DNA from: an uncultured Actinomycetes bacterium
Lineage (GTDB): Bacteria > Actinomycetota > Thermoleophilia > RBG-16-64-13
Assembly: GCA_963814365.1 (NCBI GenBank)
Contig: CAWFCL010000010.1
Location: 7,342-71,341 of the forward strand
Direction: 5' to 3'
Length of the DNA: 64,000 nucleotides
Each line of letters starts with the position of its first letter. The first letter of the stretch is position 1. Position numbers and translations under genes: made by a program. This document shows, one piece after another, positions 19,317-28,947 of this stretch. The notes below the pieces were generated by a model. The model did not search any database, had not been told where the DNA came from, and saw nothing but the letters and a program-made list of their open reading frames with translations.

Positions 19317-19994
19317 CGCCCGCCACAGACTCAAAGTCGTAGTCCACCCTCACCTCCACCGCCTCGATCCCGGCGCTCCGTAGCGCTGAGCACTGCATAC
19401 CCAGCCCGTGGGTCGCCATCCTTGGGACGGCCCACAGTGCCCGACGTTCACAAACAGCACCCCGCCGAATCGCTGCTGCCAGAACTGGTGCGTGTGCCCG
19501 AAGGCGAGCACGTCGTCGGTCTCAGAGGCAGCAAGACGCTCGTAGGTCTTCTGGTCGCGGTCGCGCAGAAGGTACTCGTTGATGCGTCGCGGACTCCCGT
19601 GCACCAGATGCACGCGCTCGTCGCCCAGTGCCAGGTGAGCCTCCCTGGGCAGACTGCGGAGATACTCTTTTCGGTCGCTGGTGACTTCGGCGACGGTGAA
19701 CGAGTATGAGGCCTTGCCCACTTCTTCCGCGGCCTTGTCCGGGTAGAAGCACCCACAATCGCCGGTCTCCTGACCCACACCCTCGTCATAGTTGCCCAAC
19801 AGACTCGGGATGCCGCGCTCGCGCATCAGGTCGATGACACCGTTGGGGTCCGGACCGTATCCCACTAGGTCGCCCAGGCAGTGCACCCGTGATATGCCTC
19901 GGGCGGCCACGTCGGCCAGGACCGCCTCCAGGGCTGGTAGATTGCCGTGAACATCGGAAAAGAGAGCCAGCCTCTCGCCGGTAGGTCCTGTCAT
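19300..19994 (-). pseudogene. metallophosphoesterase (YfcE/MJ0936-like), C-terminal frameshifts as assembled
   Basis: Motifs LFSDVHGN, CLGDLVGYGPDPN, GNYD, LVHGSPR, FGHTH. After FVNVG the corrected frames give TVGRPKDGDPRAGYAVLSATE then GIEAVEVRVDYDFESVA. The shifts are at CCC runs ~19441 and ~19370. The start ATG overlaps the acr3 stop (ATGA). Confidence 0.75.
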
Positions 19995-21088
19995 GTCTCC
20001 TCCGTCCGCTTGCCCCGCCAGTACCGGCGCTGGAACCAGAAGGCCACGTTCACCAGGCCTATCATCACCGGCACCTCTACCAGCGGTCCGATCACCGCCG
20101 CGAACGCCTGCGCCGAGCCCAGTCCGAACACCGCGACCGCCACGGCGATGGCAAGCTCGAAGTTGTTCGAGGCGGCAGTGAAGGCCAGCGTGGTGCTCTT
20201 GCCATAGTCGGCCCCTACCTTCTTGCCCATGTAGAAGCTCACCAGGAACATCACCACGAAGTAGACCAGCAGAGGCGCCGCCACGCGCAGCACGTCGAGC
20301 GGCAGCTGCACGATGATCTCGCCCTTTAGCGAGAACATGACCAAGATGGTGAAGAGCAGAGCGATCAGAGTGATGGGGCTGATGCGGGGGATGAACTCCT
20401 TCTCGTACCACTCCTTGGTCTTGAAGCGCAGCAGTACCACCCGCGTGAGGATGCCGGCCACGAAGGGGATACCCAGGTAGATGGCCACGCTCTTGGCGAT
20501 CTCGGCTATAGATACGCCCACGGCCGCGCCCTCGAGCCCGAACCAACCAGGCAGCACCGTGATGAACACGTAGGCATACACCGAGTAGAAGAGCACCTGA
20601 AAGACCGAGTTGAAGGCCACCAGACCGGCCGCATACTCCCGGTCGCCCTTGGCCAGGTCGTTCCACACGATCACCATGGCGATGCAGCGGGCCAAGCCGA
20701 TCATGATGACGCCCTGCATAAGACCCGGCTTGTCGAAGAGCATGAGGATGGCCAAGAAGAACATGAGCAGAGGCCCGATGATCCAGTTCTGGATGAGCGA
20801 CAGGCCCAGGATCCGCCAGTTGCGGAACACATCGCCCAGCTCCTCATAGTGCACCTTAGCCAGCGGCGGGTACATCATGACGATCAGACCGATGGCGATG
20901 GGGATGGAGGTGGTACCGATAGAGGCGCTCTCGATGGCCCGCCCGATAGACGGCCACAGGTAGCCGGCACCCACGCCGATGCCCATGGCCAGGAAGATCC
21001 ACAGCGTCAGATAGCGGTCAAGGAACCCGAGGCGGGGGAGCTTACGGACTTCCGCTTGCTCAAGGTGTCGGTTCTTCCGATCCGGCAT
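19991..21088 (-). CDS. acr3: ACR3 family arsenite efflux transporter
   Basis: 365 aa. [20 protein letters not shown]...MMYPPLAKV...[17 protein letters not shown] is typical of ACR3. Confidence 0.95.
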   Translation of the reverse strand: MPDRKNRHLEQAEVRKLPRLGFLDRYLTLWIFLAMGIGVGAGYLWPSIGRAIESASIGTTSIPIAIGLIVMMYPPLAKVHYEELGDVFRNWRILGLSLIQNWIIGPLLMFFLAILMLFDKPGLMQGVIMIGLARCIAMVIVWNDLAKGDREYAAGLVAFNSVFQVLFYSVYAYVFITVLPGWFGLEGAAVGVSIAEIAKSVAIYLGIPFVAGILTRVVLLRFKTKEWYEKEFIPRISPITLIALLFTILVMFSLKGEIIVQLPLDVLRVAAPLLVYFVVMFLVSFYMGKKVGADYGKSTTLAFTAASNNFELAIAVAVAVFGLGSAQAFAAVIGPLVEVPVMIGLVNVAFWFQRRYWRGKRTEET

Positions 21089-21402
21089 CAGAGATCCTCC
21101 ACCAGCTTCTTAAGCCGCGCGATCCCCTGAGGATCGAGACAGTAGCAGACACGAGGCCCCTCGACCTCGCCCTTGACCAACCCAGCTGCTTTGAGAATAC
21201 GCAGGTGCTCCGACACGGTCGACTGCGCCAGCGGCAGCAGATCGACTATCTCTCCACAGACGCATGCGGACCGAGCACTGAGCAAGCGCAGTATCTGCAG
21301 CCTCACAGGGTGCGCGACTGCCTTGGCGAGGGCGGCGAGCTCCTCATCCTTCTCGTCAAACGCCGAGCTCCCGAAGATCCAGCGCGGAGCAGGGTCCACC
21401 AA
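21088..21402 (-). CDS. arsR: ArsR family metalloregulator
   Basis: [15 protein letters not shown] with the CVCGEIV metalloid-binding motif. Its stop overlaps the acr3 start (ATGA). Confidence 0.9.
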   Translation of the reverse strand: MVDPAPRWIFGSSAFDEKDEELAALAKAVAHPVRLQILRLLSARSACVCGEIVDLLPLAQSTVSEHLRILKAAGLVKGEVEGPRVCYCLDPQGIARLKKLVEDL

Positions 21403-21429
21403 GGGGATCTTCTGAGTGCTTCACCGTTC

Positions 21430-21445
21430 ATCGTCGATTGACGAT
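21430..21445. promoter_or_regulatory. candidate ArsR operator palindrome
   Basis: ATCGTC-GATT-GACGAT lies 28 nt upstream of the arsR start. Confidence 0.3.
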
Positions 21446-21563
21446 AGCAGGACATGAGCCTCTGGTCAATACGAAGACCGCTGGTCTCTGTGATAGAAGC
21501 GTGGGCGGCCCCGATCGTCACCGACCAGAGCCGCCCACGCGACTGAAGGTGTCTATCTAGGTC

Positions 21564-22709
21564 TTACTGAGCAGAGTACTGCTTGACCAGCTCGTTGACC
21601 TTATCCATGATCTCTTGAGAGGGAAGCTTCGACGCGTAGTCGGTGACCCACTTGTCCAACACCGGCTGCACTGCCGTCTTCCACAGGGCCTTGTCGTCGT
21701 CGGTCAGCACGTAGATGGAGCCACCAGCGGCCTCAGCTGCCGCCACGTCGGCCGCATAGTTATCGCCCGTCTCGTTGACAGCCACGTTGTCGTTGTTGTA
21801 CTCGACCGACTGCTCCAAGCCACTTGCATCCAGGAACATCTGTTGAATCGTGGTGGGTAGGCTGTCCCACTTCTCCTTGTTCATGGCAAGGATGAACATC
21901 CGATACTGAAGATCGGCCTGGGTGAAGTCAGTGGCCCAAGTATTGGCGCCCGTCACGTTCATGTACGCCCAAGAAAGGAAGATGCCGTCGAAAGGCACGA
22001 CCAAGTCTGGGGTCTTCTGAAGACTGTTCGTCTTGGTATCCCAGTAGACGAACGGGGGCACTTCCGTATCGACCGGGTTGGCACCCAAAGCGGCCATAGT
22101 GTCGTGCTCGGCCGAACCGGCCGACCTAAAGTTCATGCCGACCATGTCGGAGGGTGTATGCACCGGCGCCAGCCCGCAGTACTCAGAAGGAGTCAGGCTC
22201 ACGAGCCCCAGCATCTTGACGTCCTTCAGTTCGTCCGCCGCGTACTCGTTGAGGATATCCCACATGACCCTGGTAGCTACTTCGGGGCTCGGGAACAGCA
22301 TCGGCAGATAGGCCAACTCAAAGACTGGGAGTTCTCCTGGGACGAACTCCGTCGAAATCAGAGTCAGGTCGGCTTCACCGGCAATAAGATTCGGAAACTG
22401 CAGTGCTTCCTCGTAGAGTGCACTGTCCGGATACTCCGTGATGGTTATCCGGCCATTGGACCCGTCTTGCACGGCCGCCATCCACGGCATGAGATACGTG
22501 GAGTACAGGCTCGCCATCTGAGACATGGCGTGCGAGAAGATGAACTCGTAGTTCTCTCCTGTATCCGGGATAGTAACGGTCGTAGTCGGCGCCTCTGTGG
22601 TACTCGTAGTGGTCTCTTCGGTGGTGCCGCAGCCCACCGCCGCGAAGGCCACCAACCCTAGGATAAGGGCAACGGTCAGAACCATACCGATCCATCTCGC
22701 CTTCTTCAT
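21564..22709 (-). CDS. TRAP-type (DctP-like) solute-binding lipoprotein, orphan (no DctQM adjacent)
   Basis: ATG at 22709 preceded by AAGGAGGAGGAGGA. Lipobox AAVGCGTT. DctP-like stretches: ITITEYPDSALYEE...LIAGEADL...FELAYLPMLF...GMNFRSAGS. Confidence 0.65.
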   Translation of the reverse strand: MKKARWIGMVLTVALILGLVAFAAVGCGTTEETTTSTTEAPTTTVTIPDTGENYEFIFSHAMSQMASLYSTYLMPWMAAVQDGSNGRITITEYPDSALYEEALQFPNLIAGEADLTLISTEFVPGELPVFELAYLPMLFPSPEVATRVMWDILNEYAADELKDVKMLGLVSLTPSEYCGLAPVHTPSDMVGMNFRSAGSAEHDTMAALGANPVDTEVPPFVYWDTKTNSLQKTPDLVVPFDGIFLSWAYMNVTGANTWATDFTQADLQYRMFILAMNKEKWDSLPTTIQQMFLDASGLEQSVEYNNDNVAVNETGDNYAADVAAAEAAGGSIYVLTDDDKALWKTAVQPVLDKWVTDYASKLPSQEIMDKVNELVKQYSAQ

Positions 22710-22840
22710 ATCCTCCTCCTCCTTTGCCTTGCCCACAGACTGAAACGACTGTGTGGACTGTGATTCAGTCAGAGTAGGGGGCTATGATGAAAGGCAGATG
22801 AAAGAATGAAGTCGATCCCAGCCGGCTGTTGAGGCCCGGT

Positions 22841-24262
22841 CTAGTCCGTCCCTCTCGGCAGAGTGACCGTGAACGTGGAGCCCTCGCCCTCGCGGCTGTG
22901 GGCTGTCAGTGCCCCCATGTGGTTCTCGGCGATCTGCTGGGCAAGGGCTAGGCCCAGGCCTGCCCCAGGGGTCGAACGCGAAAGGTCGCCTCTGTAGAAG
23001 CGCTCAAAGATGTGGGGCAGCCGCTCGGCCGCTATCCCCACGCCCGTGTCGATTACCTCGACCACCACGCTGCCCTGTCTTGAGAATACAGAGACTGTGA
23101 TCCCGCCCCGGTCAGTAAACTTGATCGCATTCTCCACCAGGTTCACCAAGAGCCTTATCAGACTGTCGCTGTCACCCCGGACGATGAGGCCGGGCTCCAG
23201 CCGGCACTCCACTGTCAGCTCCTTGGCCTGTGAAAGCGGACGCAACGCCTCGCACACGTCATGCACCAGACTCGTCACGTCCAAGGGCGTGAACTCGGTG
23301 GCCGCAGCCCGGCCGCTGCGCGCCAACTCCAGCAATCTCTCCACCAGGGCGCGTAGTCGCGCGGCTTCGTCAGCCAGGTCATCCAGAGCCTGCTCGTAGT
23401 CCGCCGCCGCGCGTGGCTCCGACCTCACCACTCCGAGTATGGCTTCCATAGCGGCCAAGGGCGTACGCAGTTCATGAGACGCGTCGGCCGCGAACCGGCG
23501 CTCTCGCTGAAACGACTGGTCGAGCCGTTCGAGCATCTCATCAAAAGTAGAGGCCAAGCAACCGACCTCGTCACCGGATTCCGAGAGGTCCAACCTAGCC
23601 GATAGATCCTGCGCAGAGATACGTCTGGCGGTCTTGGTCATCGCACCCAGGGGCGCGAGGGCGCGCCTAGCTACCAGGTAGCCCACGAGACCAGTCACCA
23701 GCGCCACTACTCCGCCGCCTATCAGGAGGGCATCAAGCAGGCTACTCATAGCCTGCTTCAGAGATTTGGAGTCACGCAGAGCCTGGACGAACCCCACTAC
23801 CTCGCCGCCTCGCACCAAGGGCATCGTGTAGACACGATAGTCGCGACCGCTGACCTCGTCGACGGTGTACGAGAAGGCGCTCGTGCCGCTACGCACGGCT
23901 GCGAGAGCGGCCGGGTCCAACGGCAGGCTCCCCCATACCCCATAGCCCGCTACAACTCTCCCGGCAGTATCAAGATACTTGATCGAGTCACCCTGGGCGA
24001 GCAAGACCTCCAGCTCCAGGTTCACCTCCTCCATGCTCTCTGTGATGACAAGCTCTCCCTCCGCCACACTGACGTCCGAGGAGGCAAGTAAAGCACTGAC
24101 CTGGAGCGCATCATCGAAAGTGCGGAGCAGCGAGCGCTCCACCTGAAAGTACGCAAAGACGCCAAACACCAGCAGCGCCACCAACACTAGAGCGGCCGCC
24201 CACAGGCCTAGACGGGTTCGCAGCGAGCGAACGCGTGGCAGAGACAGCTTCGTCAGCCGCAC
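22841..24262 (-). CDS. membrane sensor histidine kinase (2 TM, HAMP, HisKA, HATPase_c)
   Basis: H-box FAADASHELRTPLAAM, N-box LVNLVENAIKFT, G-boxes DTGVGI and GAGLGLALA. Confidence 0.9.
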   Translation of the reverse strand: MRLTKLSLPRVRSLRTRLGLWAAALVLVALLVFGVFAYFQVERSLLRTFDDALQVSALLASSDVSVAEGELVITESMEEVNLELEVLLAQGDSIKYLDTAGRVVAGYGVWGSLPLDPAALAAVRSGTSAFSYTVDEVSGRDYRVYTMPLVRGGEVVGFVQALRDSKSLKQAMSSLLDALLIGGGVVALVTGLVGYLVARRALAPLGAMTKTARRISAQDLSARLDLSESGDEVGCLASTFDEMLERLDQSFQRERRFAADASHELRTPLAAMEAILGVVRSEPRAAADYEQALDDLADEAARLRALVERLLELARSGRAAATEFTPLDVTSLVHDVCEALRPLSQAKELTVECRLEPGLIVRGDSDSLIRLLVNLVENAIKFTDRGGITVSVFSRQGSVVVEVIDTGVGIAAERLPHIFERFYRGDLSRSTPGAGLGLALAQQIAENHMGALTAHSREGEGSTFTVTLPRGTD

Positions 24263-24272
24263 GCCGGACGCT

Positions 24273-24956
24273 CTAGCTCTTCGGCCCGGCGGTGAACTGG
24301 TAGCCGATACCCCTTATGGTCTGGATCAGCTTCGGCTCAAAATCGTCGTCCATCTTTCTCCGCAGAGTACGGACGTACACGTCCACGGCATTCGATTGAT
24401 GAAAGACATTGTAGTCCCACACGTGCTCGGTGATCATGGTGCGAGTCAATACTCGGCCGGCATTGCGCATCAGATACTCCAATATTGCGAACTCCCGGGC
24501 CGAGAGAACGATGTCCTTGCCCGCCCGAGTGACCTGATGCTTCGAAGGATCCAAGGAGAGGTCGGCGATGCTGAGAGTCGTACTCCGGGAGCCATCCGTG
24601 GCCCGTCGCGCTAGCGCGCGCAGCCGCGCCAGAAGCTCCTTCATGGCGAAGGGCTTGACGAGGTAGTCATCCGCTCCCGCGTCGAGACCGGCTACGCGAT
24701 CATCGACTGTGTCCCGAGCGGACAGCATGAGAACCGTGGCTTTCATCCCCCGCTTGCGTATCTCCCTGCACACCGTGAGACCGTCCACCTCCGGCAGCAG
24801 GATATCGAGGATCATAGCATCATAATCTGCCTTCTCTACCCAGTCCAAGGCCTCCGAGCCCGTATACGCAACATCTACGGCATAACCCGCTTCTTCCAGC
24901 CCCCGTCGCAGATAGGCCGATATCTTCCGTTCGTCTTCGACAAGAAGGACTCTCAT
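24273..24956 (-). CDS. OmpR-family DNA-binding response regulator
   Basis: MRVLLVEDERKI...DAMILDILLPEVDG...VKPF, with winged helix VDVYVRTLRRKMD...IRGIGYQF. Confidence 0.95.
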   Translation of the reverse strand: MRVLLVEDERKISAYLRRGLEEAGYAVDVAYTGSEALDWVEKADYDAMILDILLPEVDGLTVCREIRKRGMKATVLMLSARDTVDDRVAGLDAGADDYLVKPFAMKELLARLRALARRATDGSRSTTLSIADLSLDPSKHQVTRAGKDIVLSAREFAILEYLMRNAGRVLTRTMITEHVWDYNVFHQSNAVDVYVRTLRRKMDDDFEPKLIQTIRGIGYQFTAGPKS

Positions 24957-25051
24957 GGTCGGACATTATCGCTGAAACATGAAGAATAGATGAAGACATG
25001 AGCCGTGCCGACAGGTCGGCTCGGTGTCCAGCGACGATCCCCCAGTCGTTC

Positions 25052-26500
25052 CTACCCCGGCAGCGACACCGAGAAGGTCGAACCCACACCCTCTTCACTC
25101 GCCACGTCGAGGCGTCCACCGGCTCGCTCGACCAGGCGCTTGGCTATGGTCAGACCCAGCCCGCTGCCCTCCAGCCCTCGCGTCTGCGGACGTTTCTCGC
25201 GGAAGAACTCGGTCAGCACTCGGTCGAGGTTCTCACTGGAGATGCCTATGCCGGTGTCCTTGACGTCTATGCGCACCCACTCCCCGTCACGCAGTGCGGT
25301 CACGGTCACAGAGCCGCCGTCGCGGTTGTACTTCACCGCGTTGCCCACCAGATTCGAGAGCACCAGCTCCAGATCGCCGTCTGGCAATAGCACAGGCGGA
25401 AGCTCCGGCTCCAGATCCGTCCGCACGGTGATGTCGCGGGCAGCGAGCCTATCCGCCTCGAGGCCCAAGACCGCGTCCACGGCCGAGGCGACGTCCTGTA
25501 GTCGTGGCTCGGTTTGGGGCTGCTCGCTGCGCGAGAGCGACAGCAGGTCGCCGATGAGCTGCACCAGGCTGTCGATGCGGTCCTCCGCCCGGCGCAGCAT
25601 GGGCAAGTAGCTATCCAGGTCCTCACCCAGGCTCTTGTCGGTGGCCACCTCGATCATCGCGCGCACGGCTCCTAACGGCGACTTCATCTCGTGCACCATG
25701 GTACGGATGAAGCGCTCCTTCTCCATGGCCAGACGCCGGACCTGGGAGATGTCCGACAAGGTAAGGATGCGCCCCAGCGCAGTGCCGTCCTCGGCCCTGA
25801 AGGTGACGATGCTGGTCATGTAGGTCTCGTCCCCGATGGCGAGCTGGCCCACAGTGCGATCCTTCTGGGGAGCCGCCAGAGCCTCGCTCAGCGAGGACAA
25901 GGGACCTTCCTGCAGCAGTTCGACGGCGGACCGACGGAGCGCCTCTTCTTCGGGAAGCCCAAGCAAGACGGTCATGGCCCGGTTGGCGAGCACCACGTCT
26001 CCGTCGCGGTTCACCACCATCACTGCGTCACGCAGCGAGCTGACCAGAGAGTGCGTCTGAGTCTTCTCCTCGGCCAGGGCCAGCAGCCCGGCTTCGTGTT
26101 CCACGCGGAGCCGCTCGGCCTCGTCGCGCGCCCGTTTGTGCCTCACCAGGGTCTCGACCACGCCCAGCAGGTCGTCAGGCAGGAACGGCTTGGGCAGGAA
26201 GAAGTCGACGCCCTCCCGGGTGGCGGCGATGGCGGTGTCGATGTTCGCGTAGGCGGTGATCATGCAGGTCATCAACTGCATGCCCTCGCTCTTGATGGCC
26301 TGTTGGATGGTGAGACCGTCCATGTCGGGCAGACGGTAGTCCAGCAGTCCGACGTCGTAGTCGCTGCTGCGCAGGAGCGTGAGGGCCTCCTCGCCCGTAG
26401 CCGCCTCTTCTACCTCGTACCCTTCGATCTCGAGTATCTGGCGGATGCCGGAGCGCACGCCGTACTCATCGTCTACCACTAGGATGCGGGCCGTGTTCAT
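25052..26500 (-). CDS. hybrid receiver-PAS-histidine kinase
   Basis: ATG at 26500 (MNTARILVVDDEYGVRSG) overlaps the upstream gene's stop. It has a receiver domain, a PAS-like segment, H-box MVHEMKSPLGAV, N-box LVGNAVKYN and G-box GSGLGLTIA. Confidence 0.9.
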   Translation of the reverse strand: MNTARILVVDDEYGVRSGIRQILEIEGYEVEEAATGEEALTLLRSSDYDVGLLDYRLPDMDGLTIQQAIKSEGMQLMTCMITAYANIDTAIAATREGVDFFLPKPFLPDDLLGVVETLVRHKRARDEAERLRVEHEAGLLALAEEKTQTHSLVSSLRDAVMVVNRDGDVVLANRAMTVLLGLPEEEALRRSAVELLQEGPLSSLSEALAAPQKDRTVGQLAIGDETYMTSIVTFRAEDGTALGRILTLSDISQVRRLAMEKERFIRTMVHEMKSPLGAVRAMIEVATDKSLGEDLDSYLPMLRRAEDRIDSLVQLIGDLLSLSRSEQPQTEPRLQDVASAVDAVLGLEADRLAARDITVRTDLEPELPPVLLPDGDLELVLSNLVGNAVKYNRDGGSVTVTALRDGEWVRIDVKDTGIGISSENLDRVLTEFFREKRPQTRGLEGSGLGLTIAKRLVERAGGRLDVASEEGVGSTFSVSLPG

Positions 26501-26926
26501 GCCGGGACGGTCACAGAGTGATCGTCGGAAGCGCCGCCCAGGAACTCCTGAGCTATGCCCAGCAACTGCTTGCCGGTGGCGGGCTTGTCTACGAACCGGT
26601 CCAAGCGGGTCCATGACAAGAGTCCCTTGCCCTCTTGGTCGAAGCGCTCACCGGTCTCTCTCGCGACCCCGCTCAACATCACCAGCGGCACGTGGGCGAA
26701 CTGCTCGCGCTTGCGTATCTCGTAGGCCAGGCGGAAACCGCTGTCGTAGCGCTCCATCATCAGGTCGATGAAGATCAGGTCGGGAGTGTTCGTCGCCAGG
26801 AACTCGTAGAGCTTCTTCGCTGCTCTCGACGGTGTGCACGGTGTGACCGCGGCTGCCGAAGAACGCTGACTGGGCAAGCAAGAAGTCCCGGTCGTCATCT
26901 ACGAAGAGGATGTTCCAGCCGCTCAT
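26497..26926 (-). pseudogene. single-domain CheY-like response regulator, one frameshift as assembled
   Basis: MSGWNILFVDDDRDFLLAQSAFFGSRGHTVHTVESS|(shift ~26815-26825)|AKKLYEFLATNTPDLIFIDLMMERYDSGF...PLVMLSG...DKP. Both ends overlap their neighbours by ATGA. Confidence 0.8.
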
Positions 26927-28947
26927 ACGGGGCTCCTTTCGCCGCCTGCACGGACCATGGGTATCTCGACATGAAAAGTGGTGCCGGCACCGGGTTCTGA
27001 ATCGAACCAGATGTTGCCTTGGTGCATCTTGACGATGCCGTACGAGATGGGCAGCCCCAGACCCGTACCCTTGCCGATACTCTTGGTGGTAAAGAAGGGT
27101 TGAAAGACCTTGTCAGCGGCCCCGGCGCCTATGCCGCTACCTTGATCGGACACGCTGAAGCGCACCCGCCCAGTATCGAGGTGCGTGCGGGCGATCACTC
27201 GTACCTCGCCCGAGCTACCCTCCATGGACTCCACCCCGTTCTTGATCAGGTTGACGAGCACCTGCGTCATCTGGTCGCGATCGAGGTCCGCGTACGATCC
27301 CGGCGTGACATCCACGACTATCTCGACCTCGCGGTCGGGACCCGGCGGCAGATTGCAGGCCGCTCCATCAGCGGCCGACGCCACCAACTCCTCCAACGAC
27401 ACGGACTCGATGCGAACGCGACTCTGCCGGGCGAAGTCCAACAGGCTGCCGATGATCTTCTTGCAGCGCTCCGACTCCTCAGACATCAGCTTGAGATCGT
27501 GGTCCAGGTCGCCGCGATCCTGTAGCTTGCGCTGCAGTATGTGGGAGTAGAGCAGGATGGTGCTGAGAGGATTGTTGAGCTCATGAGCCACGCCCGCCGC
27601 CATCTGGCCCATCGACGCAAGCTTCTCGCTGTTGATGAGGTGGCGATGCACGTCGCGCAGGTTGTTCCACGGCACGTTCAGCTCGCTGCAGACCCGTTCA
27701 GACTGGTCGATTATGAACGGTAGACACATGGCTTCCTCGGCCATGCCTTCGTAGACTGCCCTGGCTTTTGTCCGGCACGTCGCGTATCCGCAGGCGCCGC
27801 AATTGAGTTCGTCCTCGGGGAAGAACTTGTTGGTGTGAGCCAAGATCTCGCGGATCTCTTCCTCAGTGGGACCCACCGACCTCTGGTCGTCAGGCTCGAA
27901 GCGGCGAATCAGCGACAAGGACGCGCCGCCGGACTCGTAGGCCGGCATGGCACCTTCGTCTTGGCGATGCCGGCTGGCCTCGGCGAATTCGGCCACGCGG
28001 CGCCGGCGGGTCACCCCAGGCTCGTCGCTCCCGGCGCCGGGTCCCGCATAGCAGCCTCGGCACATCAGGGCCTCTACCAGTAGGGGGCCGGCCAATTTGC
28101 TGGAGAGGCTATCCAGCGTCTCCACCGTCTCGTCCTTGCCACTCACCACCACCAGGCGGGGGTCCATGACACCGTCCCCTATGCCGGCGCTCTCGAACAT
28201 GCCGCCCGGGACCGGATAGATGCGAGCCGTGCCCGCATACGGCGGGTCAAAATCCTTCGGCGGCGCTAGGGCCGGGTCCGCACCCCGCGCGGCCAGGACA
28301 CGGTGCACCTCGTCCAACGTCAACACCTCATCCACGACCCCGACGATCTCTGGGTCCAGTATCTCCGCCTTTTTGGCCACGCAGGGGCCGATGAAGACGC
28401 AACGTACATCCTGCCCGTAGCGCCGCTTGACCGCCAGGGCGGTCGCCACCATGGGCGAGACCAGGGGCATGATGGAGGCTGTGAGCTCCGGGTGATACTT
28501 GCGCACGTAAGACACGACCGCCGGGCAAGCGCTTGCGATGTGTAGACCCGTCGGGTCGCTCGCCAAGAGGTCGCGGCAGGCTTCGTTCACTAGGTCGGCT
28601 CCGTACGCCACCTCGACCACATACGTGAAACCGGCCTTGCGTAGAGCGCCGACGATCTGTTCCGGCGGCGCCGTGAACCCTACCGGGAACGAGGGAGCCA
28701 ACAGCGCGGCGGCGATGCCGCGATCGAGAAGGGCGAGAGTGCCCTCGATACTGCTCGTGTACGCTTTGGCACCCTGCGAGCACACCATGGTGCAGTTGCC
28801 ACAGCTGATGCAGCGGTCGGCCACCACCGAGGCCTGGCCGTCCTCGATGCGGATTGCCTTGGCCGGGCAGTCCCGCACGCAGGTGTAGCAGCGACGACAG
28901 TTCTGTTTGATAGTGGTTATGACGCCGGTCATGGTCTCTTGGCTCAC
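26923..28947 (-). CDS. sensory [FeFe]-hydrogenase-like domain (HydS-type) fused to a histidine kinase
   Basis: 674 aa intact ORF. It contains two 4Fe-4S ferredoxin motifs (CRRCYTCVRDCP, CISCGNCTMVC). The H-domain motifs are ASACP (canonical TSCCP), GPCVAKKAE (MPCxxKxxE) and EALMCRGCYAGPG (ExMxCxxGCxxG). CGACGYATC-x16-C forms a Cx2Cx4Cx16C motif. This is followed by HisKA (AAGVAHELNNPLSTI) and HATPase_c (NLIKNGVES, DQGSGI, GTGLGLPISY). Confidence 0.85.
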   Translation of the reverse strand: MSQETMTGVITTIKQNCRRCYTCVRDCPAKAIRIEDGQASVVADRCISCGNCTMVCSQGAKAYTSSIEGTLALLDRGIAAALLAPSFPVGFTAPPEQIVGALRKAGFTYVVEVAYGADLVNEACRDLLASDPTGLHIASACPAVVSYVRKYHPELTASIMPLVSPMVATALAVKRRYGQDVRCVFIGPCVAKKAEILDPEIVGVVDEVLTLDEVHRVLAARGADPALAPPKDFDPPYAGTARIYPVPGGMFESAGIGDGVMDPRLVVVSGKDETVETLDSLSSKLAGPLLVEALMCRGCYAGPGAGSDEPGVTRRRRVAEFAEASRHRQDEGAMPAYESGGASLSLIRRFEPDDQRSVGPTEEEIREILAHTNKFFPEDELNCGACGYATCRTKARAVYEGMAEEAMCLPFIIDQSERVCSELNVPWNNLRDVHRHLINSEKLASMGQMAAGVAHELNNPLSTILLYSHILQRKLQDRGDLDHDLKLMSEESERCKKIIGSLLDFARQSRVRIESVSLEELVASAADGAACNLPPGPDREVEIVVDVTPGSYADLDRDQMTQVLVNLIKNGVESMEGSSGEVRVIARTHLDTGRVRFSVSDQGSGIGAGAADKVFQPFFTTKSIGKGTGLGLPISYGIVKMHQGNIWFDSEPGAGTTFHVEIPMVRAGGERSPV

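Noticed and set aside
19350-20666. 438-aa ORF spanning the phosphoesterase and half of acr3
   Set aside because: The upstream two thirds are an Arg/Gly-rich alternative frame of acr3. Only the part from ATG 19994 is a real gene.
21501-21538. GTGGGCGGC ... GCCGCCCAC hairpin as a rho-independent terminator after the TRAP binding-protein gene
   Set aside because: The loop is ~20 nt and there is no U-tract, so it cannot be supported as a terminator from sequence alone.
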